In this document: one piece after another, positions 61,779-64,000 of the stretch
Position numbering within the stretch: the first letter of the stretch is position 1
How the letters are laid out: every line of letters begins with the position of its first letter
Assembly: GCA_030704615.1 (NCBI GenBank)
Contig: CM060731.1
Coordinates: 18,042,001 to 18,106,000, forward strand
DNA from: Takakia lepidozioides
Lineage: Eukaryota > Plantae > Bryophyta
Direction of reading: 5' to 3'
Length of the DNA stretch: 64,000 bases
Notes under the pieces: generated by a model
Told to the model about the DNA's origin: nothing
The model's database searches: none
Seen by the model: the letters and a program-made list of their open reading frames with translations, nothing else
Made by a program: the position numbers and the translations under genes

Positions 61779-62842
61779 CACTAGACCCTCTTTAAATGTT
61801 ACCTCCATATATGTTATATATCTTTTATTGTTACGTTTTTTACACTCTGTAGAATATTACACTAGGAAAGAGTCAAAGAGTGTTATTTGTTAAGTGTTAG
61901 GAAAGTCATACTCTCTATGGTGTAAAACCACCCTCTCTATTTGTTACATGTCATTATGCACCTCCAATTAGTTGGTGGGATTTGGAACCTCCGATTAAGA
62001 TCACAACCATAGTGATGTTGCCTCCCAATACAAACAGTAAGTGGCAACCTATGGATGCAGGAATCATAAGATGTTTCAAAGCTCATTACAAAAAGCTTTT
62101 TATTCATCATCAAATTGAGAGTTTAATGGCCGATAGAGCTCCCGCGGTTGATGCATACCAAACTGTCCAGATGGTTGAGCAAGCATGGAGCATCCATGTA
62201 AGTTGTGATACCATTAGGCATTGTTGGAGGCAATGTGGTTTGTTTCAAATGCCGAACCTGAATGGGCTCTCCGGAACGGAGATTGGTGATGCTTCTGGAT
62301 GAAGTACAAATGTAGAGTTGGATGAAATTGATGGACTTTTGTATCAGTTCGCTGAGCTTTCCGTCCTTCATGGTGTTGAGGCTCCGACCATGATGCCTTG
62401 GAGTTTCTTAATTTTGAGGCTCAGTTTGATTTAAACGAGCCATTTCAACCAAACGATGATGAGATTTGGGACGTGGTTGGTCCAACGGAAGAAGTCGAGG
62501 AACACGACGAAGAGGAAATTTTAATTCCACAAGAGTCCGCAGTATTATTTTCAAAAGTTAATGCCGCACCACATACTATTCAGCTTTATATCAAAATGTT
62601 ATCAATTCAAAAAGAATTGCACACCGCTAGGACATCCAATTCTAGACAAACGGACCTTTTTTCTTACTTAAATTTAAATTAATGTGTAAATGTTACTTTC
62701 CATCTAGTGGACCTCGTTTAAGTGTGACCTTTATAATTGTTAGGGTGGGATATTTTTCCCTCCTTTAGGGTTAGTTGTTATATATCTGTAAATGTTATGT
62801 TTTCCTTACTCTCCATGCATAACATTTAAAGAGGGCCGACTG
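61779..62842 (+). mobile_element. Internally deleted pogo/Tigger-like (Tc1/mariner) transposon
   Basis: TIRs CACTAGACCCTCTTTAAATGTTA and TAACATTTAAAGAGGGCCGACTG flanked by TA; LPPNTNSKWQPMDAGIIRCFKAHY (DDE_1). Confidence 0.9.
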
Positions 62843-64000
62843 TACAGTGCCTGTCTGGATTGGTAATGTATATACTCCAGGAAGATGTGCGGCGTCAGAG
62901 AGAAATATGGGCACATGTGAAGATGAAAGCCTACAGCAGAAACAACATCACATTCATGTGTGTGCCAGAGAGGGTCAGGTGCACCAGTCCCTTCCTCCAG
63001 TCCAATTAAGTCTTGTATGTAGTTAGCAGTGGCATCTCTTCAACCTTATGGGGAACCTGTTGGGCCAATCCAAACTTTCTCTTTTGCCAACAGATATTGA
63101 GGGCTGAAATATGAGAGGCATAGCTTCATTGCACAAGTATCTTGACTGAGCTGCCTCTGGTAGGTATGTGGATCAAGGGCTTGGAAGATAACAGCAGGGG
63201 AGGGAGGGAGGAGGTGAGGCAGAAGAGAGGACCGTGACAGTCAAAAGTGACAGAAGACAGTAGTTCACGAAACTCAGGAGTTGAGAAATTAAGCACGAGA
63301 TGGGTGGAAGGGGCTTGGAGGTGTAAGACAAAAGAGGACTTTCTGTGTGGTATTCTGTGCTCATAAATGAGAAAGTAAGAAAAAAGGAATGTTTGGAAAG
63401 AGAGCAATATACTTCAATACGTATGTGTGAATATACAGATATCGATGTATATTAAGTCATTTCTTCTGAAGTTGCTTCGTCTCTTCACTTTGGCAATGTG
63501 GCCCTCATGAAGCTGGGTGGCGGGTCCGGCGATAGGGACATAGTAACACACTAGACCTACCCATAAACGCCCTAAGGCACAGAATAGGGATGTACTCATC
63601 TGAACATATATGCTATAGACTTTAAGCTAGCACGAAGGGAAGTTAAGGAGGGTAGAATGGCTGTCAGTCAGTACCTCACACATGGGTTTCTCCTCCCAAG
63701 ACCAGCATCAATTAAAGTGAGGACATGCAAAATTATCCATGCTAAAGTGAACAAGAAGCTTCAAGATGGCGTTACAGATGCAAGCAAACATATGCAAGCA
63801 ATTTTTCTTTCATTGGAAACTAACTCAAATCACAAGTAAAACCTACTTACAAGGGGGCCGAGCAGAGTGGCACATGTGAGTGCCAGTCTCCATGATCCTA
63901 CGGGCAAATGATCTGTGTCCCAGATCTGGTGGGAACTAATGAGCAACTTCAAATTCAGAATGTCCTGCCTGACAGCAATGTGGAGAGAGGTCGTGTGAAA

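Overview
TE-dense eukaryotic window, probably from a non-seed land plant such as a moss (inferred from the GIF, RPS18 and SDR proteins), with one 500-N gap (33122-33621). Host genes: an intact 4-exon GIF/SSXT co-activator (58001-60383, -) and a spliced Tic32-like short-chain dehydrogenase (about 26240-28845, -) that is frameshifted and lacks its 3' end. The rest is nested mobile DNA: hAT, MULE, CACTA and pogo remnants, a LINE, an ordinary Gypsy LTR element with a 5-bp TSD, and a large DNA-transposon-like block with orphan ORFs. The main find is two related Gypsy-like retroelements. Pieced together from the two partial copies, the polyprotein is gag/zinc knuckles - (protease) - DNMT3-like cytosine methyltransferase - RT - RNase H - DDE integrase - PHD finger. 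Their repeats are arranged A...B-A-B instead of two terminal LTRs. That is the layout expected of a 2-LTR circle opened at an internal palindromic site (GACA-GC-TGTC). Each copy has a 4-bp TSD (GCCC; AATG) and a covarying self-priming-type PBS. In both copies the 5' half now lies inverted relative to the 3' half, and flanking-ORF continuity points to later rearrangement or mis-assembly.
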